64,000 nt of DNA from an uncultured Fibrobacteraceae bacterium (lineage in GTDB: Bacteria; Krumholzibacteriota; Krumholzibacteriia; LZORAL124-64-63), in contig CAZSNA010000001.1 of the NCBI GenBank assembly GCA_964607825.1, positions 23,697 to 87,696 of the forward strand. The letters run 5' to 3'. The notes beneath the pieces are model-generated. The model had not been told where the DNA came from, searched no databases, and saw only the letters and a program-made list of their open reading frames with translations. A program made the position numbers and the translations under genes. Of the stretch, positions 46,435 to 56,524 are shown piece by piece. Positions within the stretch are counted from its first letter, which is position 1; each line of letters starts with the position of its first letter.

Positions 46435-47946
46435 CTAGCCGTCCGCCTCGCCGACCCAGGCCTGGACCAGGTCGGCGATCTCCTGCGGGTTCGCGCCGGC
46501 GAAGTCCCGCACTTCGGTCAGGTTCTGCTCCAGCGTCACGACGGAGCTGTCGGTCTCCAGGATGTCCAGCGAGGCGCCGGTCTCGTCGACGACGGGGCCT
46601 GCGACGCCCGCTGCGACCGCACCGCCGGGCTCGGCCGCGCGTCCCACCATGGAGCCCAGGGTGCTGCGCAGCCGCAGGGCCATGAAGATGGCCAGGCCGA
46701 ACAGGAGCACCTTGCCGATGGTCTCGGGCAGGGTCTCCAGCAAGCCGCCCATGCCGCCGCCCTCGCCTTCGAGGGGCAGCGGATCGGGGTCGCGGAAGCG
46801 CATGTTGACGACCTCGATGCGGTCGCCGCGCGCGTCGTCCAGTCCCACGGCGGTCTGCACGATGCGGCCGATCTGCTCCAGCTCCTCCTCGGGCAGCGGC
46901 GTGTAGACCGGGTCGGCGCCGTCCTCGGCGGCCTCGTAGCTGCCGTCGACGAACACGGCGACCGACATGCTCTTCACGCCGCCCACCTCGCCCACGACCG
47001 TCTCGAGGGTCTCGTTGATCTCGTAGTTGGTGGTGGAGGTCTCGTTGCTGCCGCCCTCGCCCTCGCTGCTCTCGTTGCGCTCCTCGCTGCGGACCACCGT
47101 CTGGTTGGGGTCGAAGGTGCGGCGCTGCTGCTCGAGCCGCTCGAAATTCAGGGTGGCGTCCACGCGCACGATGGAGCGGTCGGGGCCGAGCACCTGGGCG
47201 AGCATGCCCTGGGCCTTCTCGGCCAGGTAGGTGTCGACTTCCTTCTTCATGGCCAGCTGGCTGTCGGAGCGGGCGACCGCGTCGTCGCCGTGGTTCTCGC
47301 TCAGCAGGACGCCGTACTGGTCGAGCACCGACACGTTGGGCGTCTCCAACCCCTCCACGCTGCCCGAGACCAGGCTCTGCACGCCGCGGATCTGCTGGGG
47401 CGACAGCGCGCTGCCCCGACCGAGGGTCAGCACGACGGTGGCGGTGGCCGGCGCCTGCATCTTCTTGAAGATCGACGGCTTGGGCGTGACCAGGTGGACG
47501 CGCGCGGCGCGGATCCCCGCGATGCTCTCGATGGTGCGGGTGAGCTCGCCCTCCAGGGCGCGCTTGAAGTTCACGTTCTGGACGAACTCGGTCATGCCGT
47601 ACTGCTTGCCGTCGAAGATGCCCCAGCCCACGGTGCCCGACGAGGGGATCCCCTTGGCCGACAGGTCGACCCGCAGCCTGTGGACCAGGTTGTCGGGCAC
47701 CATGATGGTGGTGCCGCCGTTGGACAGCTCGGCCTCCACGTTCGCCTTGGCGAGCTCGTCGATGGCCAGGGAGGCGTCTTCGGGCGAGAGGTTGGTGAAC
47801 AGGACCGCCTGTTCCTCGCTCTGCAGCCAGACGCTGAAGATGGCCACGCTGAGCATGGCGGCGCCGAGGATCACGCCCATCAGGATCTTCTGATTGAACG
47901 TGAAGCGGGCCGTCACGGCCTTCAGGTTGTCGAGCAGTTGCCTCAT
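46435..47946 (-). CDS. fliF: Flagellar MS-ring protein FliF
   Basis: 503 aa; N-terminal TM ILMGVILGAAMLSVAIFSVWL, YscJ/FliF ring domains, second TM near the C-terminus. Confidence 0.9.
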   Translation of the reverse strand: MRQLLDNLKAVTARFTFNQKILMGVILGAAMLSVAIFSVWLQSEEQAVLFTNLSPEDASLAIDELAKANVEAELSNGGTTIMVPDNLVHRLRVDLSAKGIPSSGTVGWGIFDGKQYGMTEFVQNVNFKRALEGELTRTIESIAGIRAARVHLVTPKPSIFKKMQAPATATVVLTLGRGSALSPQQIRGVQSLVSGSVEGLETPNVSVLDQYGVLLSENHGDDAVARSDSQLAMKKEVDTYLAEKAQGMLAQVLGPDRSIVRVDATLNFERLEQQRRTFDPNQTVVRSEERNESSEGEGGSNETSTTNYEINETLETVVGEVGGVKSMSVAVFVDGSYEAAEDGADPVYTPLPEEELEQIGRIVQTAVGLDDARGDRIEVVNMRFRDPDPLPLEGEGGGMGGLLETLPETIGKVLLFGLAIFMALRLRSTLGSMVGRAAEPGGAVAAGVAGPVVDETGASLDILETDSSVVTLEQNLTEVRDFAGANPQEIADLVQAWVGEADG

Positions 47947-47973
47947 CGCGTCGCGTCAGCTCCTCGTGGCGGT

Positions 47974-48276
47974 CTAGACCTGCATCTGCATGATCGTGTT
48001 GTAGCTCTCCAGCAGCTTGTTCCGCACCTCGAGCATGAGCTCGAAGGCCAGCTGCGCCTCCTCGGCGGCGATCATCACGTCGTGGACCTCGCCCACGTGT
48101 CCGGAGACCGCGCCCTCGATGACCTCGTCGCGGAACGACTGGGCGTCGTTCACCGCGGAGACGGCCTCTTGCAGTTTCGTTGCAAAGGACGGACCAGCCC
48201 CGGCGCCCGCGGCGTTTCCGCCGTAGACCTGCCGCGGATCGACGGCTCCGGGTATCCTGACGGCGTTGATGGCCAT
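47974..48276 (-). CDS. fliE: Flagellar hook-basal body protein FliE
   Basis: 100 aa; C-terminal …AAEEAQLAFELMLEVRNKLLESYNTIMQMQV typical of FliE. Confidence 0.85.
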   Translation of the reverse strand: MAINAVRIPGAVDPRQVYGGNAAGAGAGPSFATKLQEAVSAVNDAQSFRDEVIEGAVSGHVGEVHDVMIAAEEAQLAFELMLEVRNKLLESYNTIMQMQV

Positions 48277-48292
48277 GCGCGTCCTCCCCGTC

Positions 48293-48799
48293 CTAGATGT
48301 CCAGGGCCTTGGCGAACATCTGCTTGGCCGCCTGGACGGCCGAGATGTTGGCCTCGTAGGCCCGGCTGGCTGTGATCATGTCCACCATCTCGGTGATGAC
48401 GTTCACGTTGGGCATAAGTACGTAGCCCTCGGCGTCCGCGTCCGGATGGCCGGGATCGTAGACGACCTTGAATTCGGAGGCGTCGGGGGCCGTCTCGACC
48501 TGCATCTCGACGCCCCGGCTCACCCGGGTTGCGCCGCCGGCCCCGCCGGTGATGTGGCGCGGATCCGTGGCGGACAGGCCGCCCGATGCGCGTGACTCGG
48601 GACCGGGCAGGGCGCGACCGTCGAGCTTCTGCGCCAGGGTCTGCTCGAAGACGACCCGCTCGCGGCGATAGGGGGTGCCGTCCTCGGTGCGCGTGGTCTC
48701 GGCGTTGGCCAGATTCTTGGCGACCGTGTCCATTTTCGTCCGCATGCCCGACAGGCCGGACGAGCTGATCTTGATGGAGCCGAACAGTCCGTCACTCAT
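48293..48799 (-). CDS. flgC: Flagellar basal-body rod protein FlgC
   Basis: 168 aa; SSSGLSGMRTKMDTVAKNLANAETTRT… and C-terminal …ITEMVDMITASRAYEANISAVQAAKQMFAKALDI. Confidence 0.92.
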   Translation of the reverse strand: MSDGLFGSIKISSSGLSGMRTKMDTVAKNLANAETTRTEDGTPYRRERVVFEQTLAQKLDGRALPGPESRASGGLSATDPRHITGGAGGATRVSRGVEMQVETAPDASEFKVVYDPGHPDADAEGYVLMPNVNVITEMVDMITASRAYEANISAVQAAKQMFAKALDI

Positions 48800-48815
48800 G
48801 TCGTCGCCTCCTTCC

Positions 48816-49229
48816 CTACTTCACACGGCCCGAGACCGCTTCGCTCAGCTGCGTGTATTTCATGCTCAGCAGACGGGTGGCCAGGCGGTACGACAGCTCC
48901 GTCGTCGCCAGGGTCGCCATCTCCGTGTCCACGTTCACGTCGTTGATGCCGTTGTCGTGGCCGCTGTCCTGGGCCACGACCTCGCCGCGGGCGTCCTCGA
49001 GGGAGCGCACGCCGACAGGCAGATGCGCCGCATGGGTTTGCGCGCCCTGCAGCCGGCGTCCGGCCTCCTGGCGCAGCAGGCTCTCGAAGCGGTACTCCTG
49101 GGCCTTGTACCCGGACGTCTCCACGTTGGCGATGTTCTCGGCGGTCACGCGGTGGCGTCCCGAGTAGACCGTCAGCGCCTGTTTGAGATGACCGAGGTGG
49201 GCCTGTCCGAAGATGGTGGTGTCGAACAT
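48816..49229 (-). CDS. flgB: Flagellar basal-body rod protein FlgB
   Basis: 137 aa; …RHRVTAENIANVETSGYKAQ… and C-terminal …MATLATTELSYRLATRLLSMKYTQLSEA. Confidence 0.9.
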   Translation of the reverse strand: MFDTTIFGQAHLGHLKQALTVYSGRHRVTAENIANVETSGYKAQEYRFESLLRQEAGRRLQGAQTHAAHLPVGVRSLEDARGEVVAQDSGHDNGINDVNVDTEMATLATTELSYRLATRLLSMKYTQLSEAVSGRVK

Positions 49230-49343
49230 GGGACCGCCTAGCCTCCTTGCCGGGGACAGGTGGGGGCCGCCGTCGGCGACGCCGTCCGGGATCCGTCCCG
49301 GACATCCGGCCGCTTCAGCCCATCAAGAACCGTTCCGGGCCGA

Positions 49344-49697
49344 TCAGGCGCCATGTCCCGCCAGCTCCAGGAACAGCTTGTCGTTCTCCGCCTCCACCTG
49401 GAGGATCTGCTCGATGAGCTCCCCCATCGACACCAGGGACTGCTGCAGCCGCACCGGCAACGAGCCGCGCAGGTCGCCGCGGTGCCGTTCCCAGCAGGCG
49501 CGGGCCTCGGCGCCGCGCCGCTCCAGACGGGCGATCTCGTCCAGCCGCTCGCGCTTGGCTTCCAGCACGCGCCGGATGCCGCGCAGGCTCTCCCCGTCGC
49601 GGATCAGGTCGGCCTGGTCACGGGAGAGCTGCAGGACCTCCTCGTAGAGGACCCGCTCGCGGGCGAAGAGATCGATCAGGCCCTCCAGCAGCATCTG
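49344..49697 (-). CDS. FlgN-family-like helical protein (possible flagellar export chaperone). Start may be the M at 49697 or further up at 49742
   Basis: Heptad pattern MLLEGLIDLFARERVLYEEVLQLSRDQADLIRDGESLRGIRRVLEAKRERLDEIARLERR resembles the FlgN family (L..LL..E..LY..LL.L...Q). Directly upstream of flgB. Confidence 0.4.
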   Translation of the reverse strand, partial: QMLLEGLIDLFARERVLYEEVLQLSRDQADLIRDGESLRGIRRVLEAKRERLDEIARLERRGAEARACWERHRGDLRGSLPVRLQQSLVSMGELIEQILQVEAENDKLFLELAGHGA

Positions 49698-49713
49698 GGG
49701 AGCGGTGGACGTC

Positions 49714-50781
49714 TCAGCGGGCGTGCAGGCTGTCGATGCCATAGGGCGCGCCCTCCTTCCGGATGTCGGCCAGGGTGACGGCCGCCTCGGCCAGGGCGCA
49801 GGCGCGCAACTGCCAGGAGGCGGGGTCGGTTGCGTTGCAGGATTCCTCGAGCAGCGGCGCGGCCTCTTCGTAGCGGCCGGCCAGCATCAGATCGTAGGCG
49901 ATCACGTAGCGGGCCCAGCGGCCGGCCTCGACATCGTCGCGCGCCGCCAGCAGGGTATAGAGCCGATAGGCGTCGCGGCGGCGATCCGTCACCAGCAGCA
50001 GGTCCGGCAGGGTGCGGACGAACCAGGCCACGTGGGCCGGTTCGAGTCGCTCGCTGAGACGTGCGTCGCTCGCCAGGGACAGCAGCAGGGGCGCGGCCTC
50101 GGACGGCCGGTCGCGTCGGACAAGCGCGAAGGCGTGCCAGAAGCGGACTTCCGCCGGCAGCCTGTCGATCTGGGCGCCCACCTTCTCGATCAGCAGGTTC
50201 AGGTTGTTCCGGTCGTGCCGGCCGAGGTAGTGGCGATAGGCCAGGACGACCGCGCCGGCGCGCCGCTCGAGCCGGGGGGCCCCCACGGTGTTCAGGAGCT
50301 GTTCGATGATCAGCAGCGAATCGCCCGACTGGATCGCCGTGGCGAAGATCTCGCGGGACAGGTCGTCGTCCACGGCGGTGGCGCCGCCCATGTCCGACAC
50401 GGCCATGCCGTACCAGTCCAGGGCGCTCTGGTAGTCCAGGATCTCGGCGCTGGAGCGCGCGTGGTTGATTCCCCGGACCGCGTCGCCGAATTCACGATCA
50501 TCCCAGGCGCGGCCGACGGACTCGTCGTAGTCCAGCAGGGCGCGGGCGGCGGTCAGCCGTCGCTCGGGACCGCCGGCGCCGATCTCGGCCTCGGTGCGGC
50601 CGGTCGGGTAGAGACGCGCCTTGGGCTCCGCGTCCAGGGCCTGCAGCCACTGGGCGTAGCCGAGCAGGGTGGCGCGGGAGAGCCCCTTGGCCGCACGGGC
50701 CTCGCCGTCGATCAGGACCGCGAAGAACGCGATCCAGACCCACAGGACGACCACCGGGCCATTTTCTTGACGAAGGCGCAT
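49714..50781 (-). CDS. Hypothetical 355-aa protein with an N-terminal signal/anchor and an Ala/Leu/Arg-rich helical-repeat body, preceded by a sigma54 promoter
   Basis: N-terminal hydrophobic segment VVVLWVWIAFFAVLIDGEARA, high GC3 coding. First gene after the fleR terminator, upstream of flgN-like and flgB. No family recognised. Confidence 0.4.
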   Translation of the reverse strand: MRLRQENGPVVVLWVWIAFFAVLIDGEARAAKGLSRATLLGYAQWLQALDAEPKARLYPTGRTEAEIGAGGPERRLTAARALLDYDESVGRAWDDREFGDAVRGINHARSSAEILDYQSALDWYGMAVSDMGGATAVDDDLSREIFATAIQSGDSLLIIEQLLNTVGAPRLERRAGAVVLAYRHYLGRHDRNNLNLLIEKVGAQIDRLPAEVRFWHAFALVRRDRPSEAAPLLLSLASDARLSERLEPAHVAWFVRTLPDLLLVTDRRRDAYRLYTLLAARDDVEAGRWARYVIAYDLMLAGRYEEAAPLLEESCNATDPASWQLRACALAEAAVTLADIRKEGAPYGIDSLHAR

Positions 50782-50825
50782 GATTTCCTTGCTTCAAAAG
50801 CCGTAAACGACGGTTTCAGTGAGGA

Positions 50826-50842
50826 TTCGCAATCGACATGCC
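50826..50842 (-). promoter_or_regulatory. Sigma54 promoter (aGGCATG-tcga-TTGCGa on the minus strand) upstream of the 355-aa gene
   Basis: Reverse complement of tcgcaatcgacatgcct. GG-N10-GC spacing is exact, with a good match to TGGCACG-N4-TTGCA. Confidence 0.5.
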
Positions 50843-50859
50843 TGCCGGGCGGCGGGCAC

Positions 50860-50887
50860 GAAAAACCGGGAGGCCAAGGGCCTCCCG
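50860..50887 (-). terminator. Rho-independent terminator after fleR (10-bp GC stem CCGGGAGGCC/GGCCTCCCGG, 3-nt loop, U5 tract on the minus strand)
   Basis: Plus strand reads aaaaaCCGGGAGGCCaagGGCCTCCCGG. 27-54 nt past the fleR stop. Confidence 0.75.
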
Positions 50888-50913
50888 GCTCGGTCGGGGC
50901 GTCGTCGGGCGGG

Positions 50914-52340
<1,427 letters not shown>

Positions 52341-52344
<4 letters not shown>

Positions 52345-54674
52345 GACATCTCCTGTTCCTGGGCGGCCGGTGCGGTCTCCTCGGAGTCCCGCAAGTCGGG
52401 CAACAAGATGGCGAAAATGGTGCCGTTCCCGTCGCAGTCGACGGAAATGCGGCCGGCGTGGGCCTTGACGATCTTGCGGCAGATGGACAAGCCCAGGCCC
52501 GTGCCTGAGTTCTTGGTCGTGTAGAAGGGACGGAAGATGCGGTCGCGGTCCGCGGGCGCCACGCCGGGCCCCTCGTCCGTGACCGCGAGACGGAAACCGG
52601 GGCGCACGCGGGACTCCCCGCTCACGGGGTCGTCCACCAGCAGGTCGTCCACGCGGGTCAGGGTGGCCGAGACGGTGCCGCCGGCGGGCGAGGCGTCCAC
52701 GGCGTTGAACAGCAGGTTCAGCACCACCTGCTTGAGCTGGGTGCCGTCGGCCGCGAGGGTCGCGCTCTCGCCGCGGGGCAGGTCGCGCCCCAGGCCCAGC
52801 CGCACGTCCTTGTCGTCGGCGCGGGGGCGCGCCAGCACCAGGCTGTCGCGCAGCAGGCGGTCGAGGTCCACGTGGCCGAGTTCGGGTTCGTAGGGGCGCA
52901 CGAACTGGAGCATGCGGGTGATGGTGTCGTTGATCCGGCCCACCTCGCCGGTGATCACGTCGATGTAGCGGCGGCGCGGGTCGTCGTCCTCCAGGTTGTC
53001 GCCGAGCAGTTCGGCCTGGGCGCTCAGGCCCATCAGCGGATTGCGGATCTCGTGGGCCAGGGCCGCCGACATCTCCACCAGGCTCTCCAGGGCGTCGGCG
53101 CGGCGGGTCTCCTGGGCCAGCCGCTTGACCGGGCGGAGGTCCTCCAGCACGACCACGCGCCAGAGCTCGTCGCGGGCGCGGCCCGGCATCAGGTGGGCCT
53201 GGACCATCACCGGGACCGCGGTGCCGTCCGCGCGCACGACCCGCCCCTCCCCGTAGAAGGGCTCGGGATCCTCGTGCTTGAAGGCGGCCAGGGCCGGCCC
53301 CTCCTGGTCCTCCAGGCGCAGCATGGCGTCCAGGAGCAGTTCCGGCAGACCCTCCAGGTGGAAGGTGTCGCGGCGGAAGAAGGCCGAGGTGGACCCGGTG
53401 TCGTCGGGGTGGCGACCGCGTCCGAGGGCCGTGTCGGGCTCCGTGATGATGCGCGGCGCTTGGGCGCGGCCGGTGACCAGTTCGCGGCCGCCCCGGTTGC
53501 AGAAGATGGTGCGGCCCAGGTCGTCCAGAACCCAGATGCCGCTGTCCACCGCCTCGAGCACCCGCGAATTGAAGGTGCCGAGCTCGCGCATGCGGTCGAG
53601 CATCTGGGCCGCCGCCACCTCCTCGGCCAGGATGATCTGGGCGGTGCGCAGGAAGGCGAGCTGGCCGCTGGTGGCCGTGCGCGGCTGGAAGTCCAGCAGC
53701 AGCAGGTAGCCGAGGCAGGCGTGCATGTGGTCCAGGGACAGGGCCGCCACCACGGGCAGCGTGTCGTCGCGCTCCGCTTCGGGTTCCAGGGTGATCACGA
53801 CGGGCTCGCCGGGATCCCCGTCCTCGCGCCGGCGTTCGGCCTCGAGACGGGTCAGCACCCGGTCCCAGCCCTCCTCGTTCCAGTGGAAGGTCTGGCGGGG
53901 CGCGAAGGGGGCGTCGGGCGCGGGACGCAGCACCAGGGCGGCGCCCTGGGCGCCCACGAAGTCGGCCATGGTGCCCAGGAGCGACTCGAGGGTGCTGTCC
54001 CAGTTGGGCGTGGTGCTCAGCTCGCGCACGATGGTGTAGAGCAGCGAGAGCTGGTCCATGTGCTCGGTCAGGGCCTGGTTGGCCTCTTCCAGGCGCAGGT
54101 GCGAACGGGCCAGATCGTCACCGGCGCGCACGAGTTCCACCTGCAGGCGTTGACGGTGCTCGAGCAGCCGCTCGGTGGTCTCCTGCTGGGCGGCCTCGAG
54201 ACGATCCGCCTCGTCGAAGACGGCCAGACGCGCGCCAACCCGCTGGAGCAGGTCTTCCCACGCCGCGTCGTCGCCCAGGGGGATCGCGTCGAAGAGGCCG
54301 GCGCGGAAGCAGGCCGGCAAGAGCAGGTCCTCGCTGCCGTCATGGAGCAGGACCGGCAAGGCGGCGGGGTTGATCACGCGCAGGGCCCGCACGAGTTCGG
54401 GCAGATCCGCGGCGGCGCGTCGTTCGCGCGTCAGGGGCAGGATCACGAGCATGGGCCGGGGCCCGTCGGACGCTCTCGCGCGCAAGTCCACGAGCAGATC
54501 GCTCGCCGCGGCGTGGAAGATCAACTCGTCGGTCGTGGCCGGAACCAGGTCGGTCCAGGCGGAATCCGCGACCACGAGAATGGGAAATCGATCCGGATCT
54601 CGATCTGAAAAACGAAGTGGCACGCCGCCCCCCGAGCGCTCGAGTCGTCGATCACTGGAACCGCTGTCGGACAA
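52341..54674 (-). CDS. fleS: Cytoplasmic sensor histidine kinase (FleS/FlrB-like) with a long N-terminal region (pseudo-receiver-like plus PAS/GAF-like). Apparently a TTG start
   Basis: HisKA H-box LAHEIRNPLMGLSAQAELL, HATPase_c N/G boxes (NLLFNAVDASPAGG…DEGPGV…GTGLGLSICRKIV). No TM helices seen. An in-frame TAA lies 9 codons upstream of the TTG. Confidence 0.8.
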
Positions 54675-54778
54675 GGAGTAACGGACAGACTGTAAGGTTT
54701 CTTACCAGACGCGGCAAGTCAACATCTATCTGAGTTGGGCAGGAAAAGAGACGTTTCGGTCGGTGGGAGCGCCCCGCT

Positions 54779-55153
54779 CTACTCGAGCAGGGTGTCGAGT
54801 CCGCGCATGAGTTCGGTGAGCCGGCCGGCCACCTGCTGCCGGATCTCGTTCGAACCGTACACGCCGGACTGCAGCCGACGCTGGACGGTCTCCATCTTCT
54901 CCCTGCGCACCGGATCCGCCTCGTCCAGCTTGGCCTGCCCCGCCTCGAGCAAGTCCCGCATCTGCTCCAGCTTGCGCGCCGACGACGAGATCTCCAGCCG
55001 CTCCCCCTCCGGCCTGACGGAGGCCTGGGTCTCGGCACCGGCCTCGGCCTGGGCGGCGCGAGCGCCGTCCGCTTCCGCTTGACGCGTCTGCTGGAACTGG
55101 GCCAGTGCGCGGGGATCGTTGAGCTGCGAGTGGTCGATCTTGGGGGTCGGCAT
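54779..55153 (-). CDS. flgM: Anti-sigma28 factor FlgM
   Basis: 124 aa, low complexity, with the FlgM signature C-terminus …GERLEISSSARKLEQ…VRREKMETVQRRLQSGVYGSNEIRQQVAGRL. A sigma28 promoter lies upstream. Confidence 0.7.
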   Translation of the reverse strand: MPTPKIDHSQLNDPRALAQFQQTRQAEADGARAAQAEAGAETQASVRPEGERLEISSSARKLEQMRDLLEAGQAKLDEADPVRREKMETVQRRLQSGVYGSNEIRQQVAGRLTELMRGLDTLLE

Positions 55154-55254
55154 CTGGGCTTCGCTCCTGGGTCTCGTGGGTTCGGACTCGGAATCAGGGC
55201 CATGCTAGCAAGGCCGGGACCAGGCGACAAGGTCGGCGACGCTGCGTGTAGTGG

Positions 55255-55282
55255 TTATCGGACGAGAGGGCATTATCTTTAG
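55255..55282 (-). promoter_or_regulatory. Sigma28 (FliA) promoter for flgM: TAAAGATA-N11-tCCGATAA on the minus strand
   Basis: Reverse complement of ttatcggacgagagggcattatcttta. Spacer is exactly 11 nt. About 95-nt leader to the flgM ATG. Confidence 0.6.
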
Positions 55283-55434
55283 CATATAATCCGCATAATG
55301 TGCGTATAGACACCTTCCTGGATCTCGTCATCCACCGTCCTTGACCGATACACCGTTCATTCTATCCATCAAGCTCGCGGCACGGTCGTGTGAACCCGAT
55401 TCCGACATATTCGGGATTGCCGGGAAGATTGGGC

Positions 55435-55462
55435 TAAAGTTTCGCCCCCCCGCCGCCGATAC
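55435..55462 (+). promoter_or_regulatory. Sigma28 (FliA) promoter for fliC: TAAAGTTT-N12-GCCGATAc
   Basis: Direct reading of ctaaagtttcgcccccccgccgccgatacc. About 140-nt leader to the fliC ATG at 55611, with SD aggaaggag. Confidence 0.6.
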
Positions 55463-55610
55463 CTACTCCACGACAGAATCGTGTCGGTCGGCGAGAAGGC
55501 CGAACAACCGCAACGAAAGGAAGTCCAGCCGATCATCGACCGTCATGCGGGCCCCGGGCCCGCGCGAGTCAGGCAAGGATGTCTGACACGACCCTAGGAA
55601 GGAGCTAATC

Positions 55611-56450
55611 ATGTCCCTGCGCATCAACACCAACGTCGCCAGCCTCAACGCTCAGCGTAACCTGTACAACACCACCATGAATCTGAACAAGTCGCTGGAG
55701 CGGCTCAGCTCGGGTCTGCGCATCAACCGCGCCGGCGACGACGCTGCCGGCCTGGCGATCTCTGAGAACCTGAAGTCCGACATCCGCGCCCTGGAGCAGT
55801 CCGCGCGGAACGCGGCCGACGGCATCTCCATGATCCAGGTGGCCGAGGGCGCGCTGAACGAGGTCAGTGACATCCTCATCCGCATGCGCGAGCTGGCCCA
55901 GCAGGCCTCGAACGAAACCCTGGGCACCGCCGAGCGCGGCTACCTGGACACGGAGTACGAGGCCCTGGCCGCGGAGATCACCCGTATCGCCGACAGCACC
56001 GAGTTCAACGGCACCAACCTGCTGGACAGCTCGGCGTCGTCCCGCGACATCCAGGTCGGTCTCTCGAACACCGCCGCCGACGTCATCACGCTGGACTTCA
56101 GCACCGACACCGACGCGACCGCGCTCGGCGTTGATGCTGCTGCGGCCGATCTGACCGGCGCCAACAACACGAACGCCCAGGCGGCCATGGCGTTGATCGA
56201 GACGGCCATCGACTCGATCAGCAGCACGCGGGCCTCCTTCGGCGCCTCCCAGAACCGCCTGGAGTCCTCCATCCGCGGTATTCACAACTCGGTGGAGAAT
56301 CTCTCCGCGGCGAACAGCGCCATCCGGGACGTGGACATCGCGGCCGAGACCGCGCACATGACCAGCTCGCAGATCCTGCAGCAGGCCGGTGTGTCGGTGC
56401 TGGCCCAGGCGAACATGTCGCCGCAGATGGCTCTGATGCTGCTGCAGTAA
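55611..56450 (+). CDS. fliC: Flagellin (short, 279 aa)
   Basis: N-terminal D0/D1 MSLRINTNVASLNAQRNLYNTTMNLNKSLERLSSGLRINRAGDDAAGLAISE… and C-terminal …SQILQQAGVSVLAQANMSPQMALMLLQ. Confidence 0.95.
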   Translation: MSLRINTNVASLNAQRNLYNTTMNLNKSLERLSSGLRINRAGDDAAGLAISENLKSDIRALEQSARNAADGISMIQVAEGALNEVSDILIRMRELAQQASNETLGTAERGYLDTEYEALAAEITRIADSTEFNGTNLLDSSASSRDIQVGLSNTAADVITLDFSTDTDATALGVDAAAADLTGANNTNAQAAMALIETAIDSISSTRASFGASQNRLESSIRGIHNSVENLSAANSAIRDVDIAAETAHMTSSQILQQAGVSVLAQANMSPQMALMLLQ

Positions 56451-56469
56451 GCGCATGATCCGCACAGGT

Positions 56470-56500
56470 GGGGCCCTCCGGGGCCCCGCCTCTTCCTTCG
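56470..56500 (+). terminator. GC-rich hairpin (GGGGCCC-tcc-GGGCCCC) followed by a pyrimidine-rich tract, just after fliC; possible partial terminator
   Basis: Direct reading of ggggccctccggggccccgcctcttccttcg. The U-tract is imperfect, so read-through into fliD is plausible. Confidence 0.4.
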
Positions 56501-56524
56501 ACGCGTACGGGAGGACGTGTTGAC

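Noticed and set aside
54675-54778. Sigma70-like promoter (TTGACT…) and a weak GAGCG-GGG-CGCTC hairpin between flgM and the histidine kinase gene
   Set aside because: No acceptable -10 hexamer at 16-18 nt spacing, and the hairpin is short with a poor U-tract. Insufficient to call either a promoter or a terminator.
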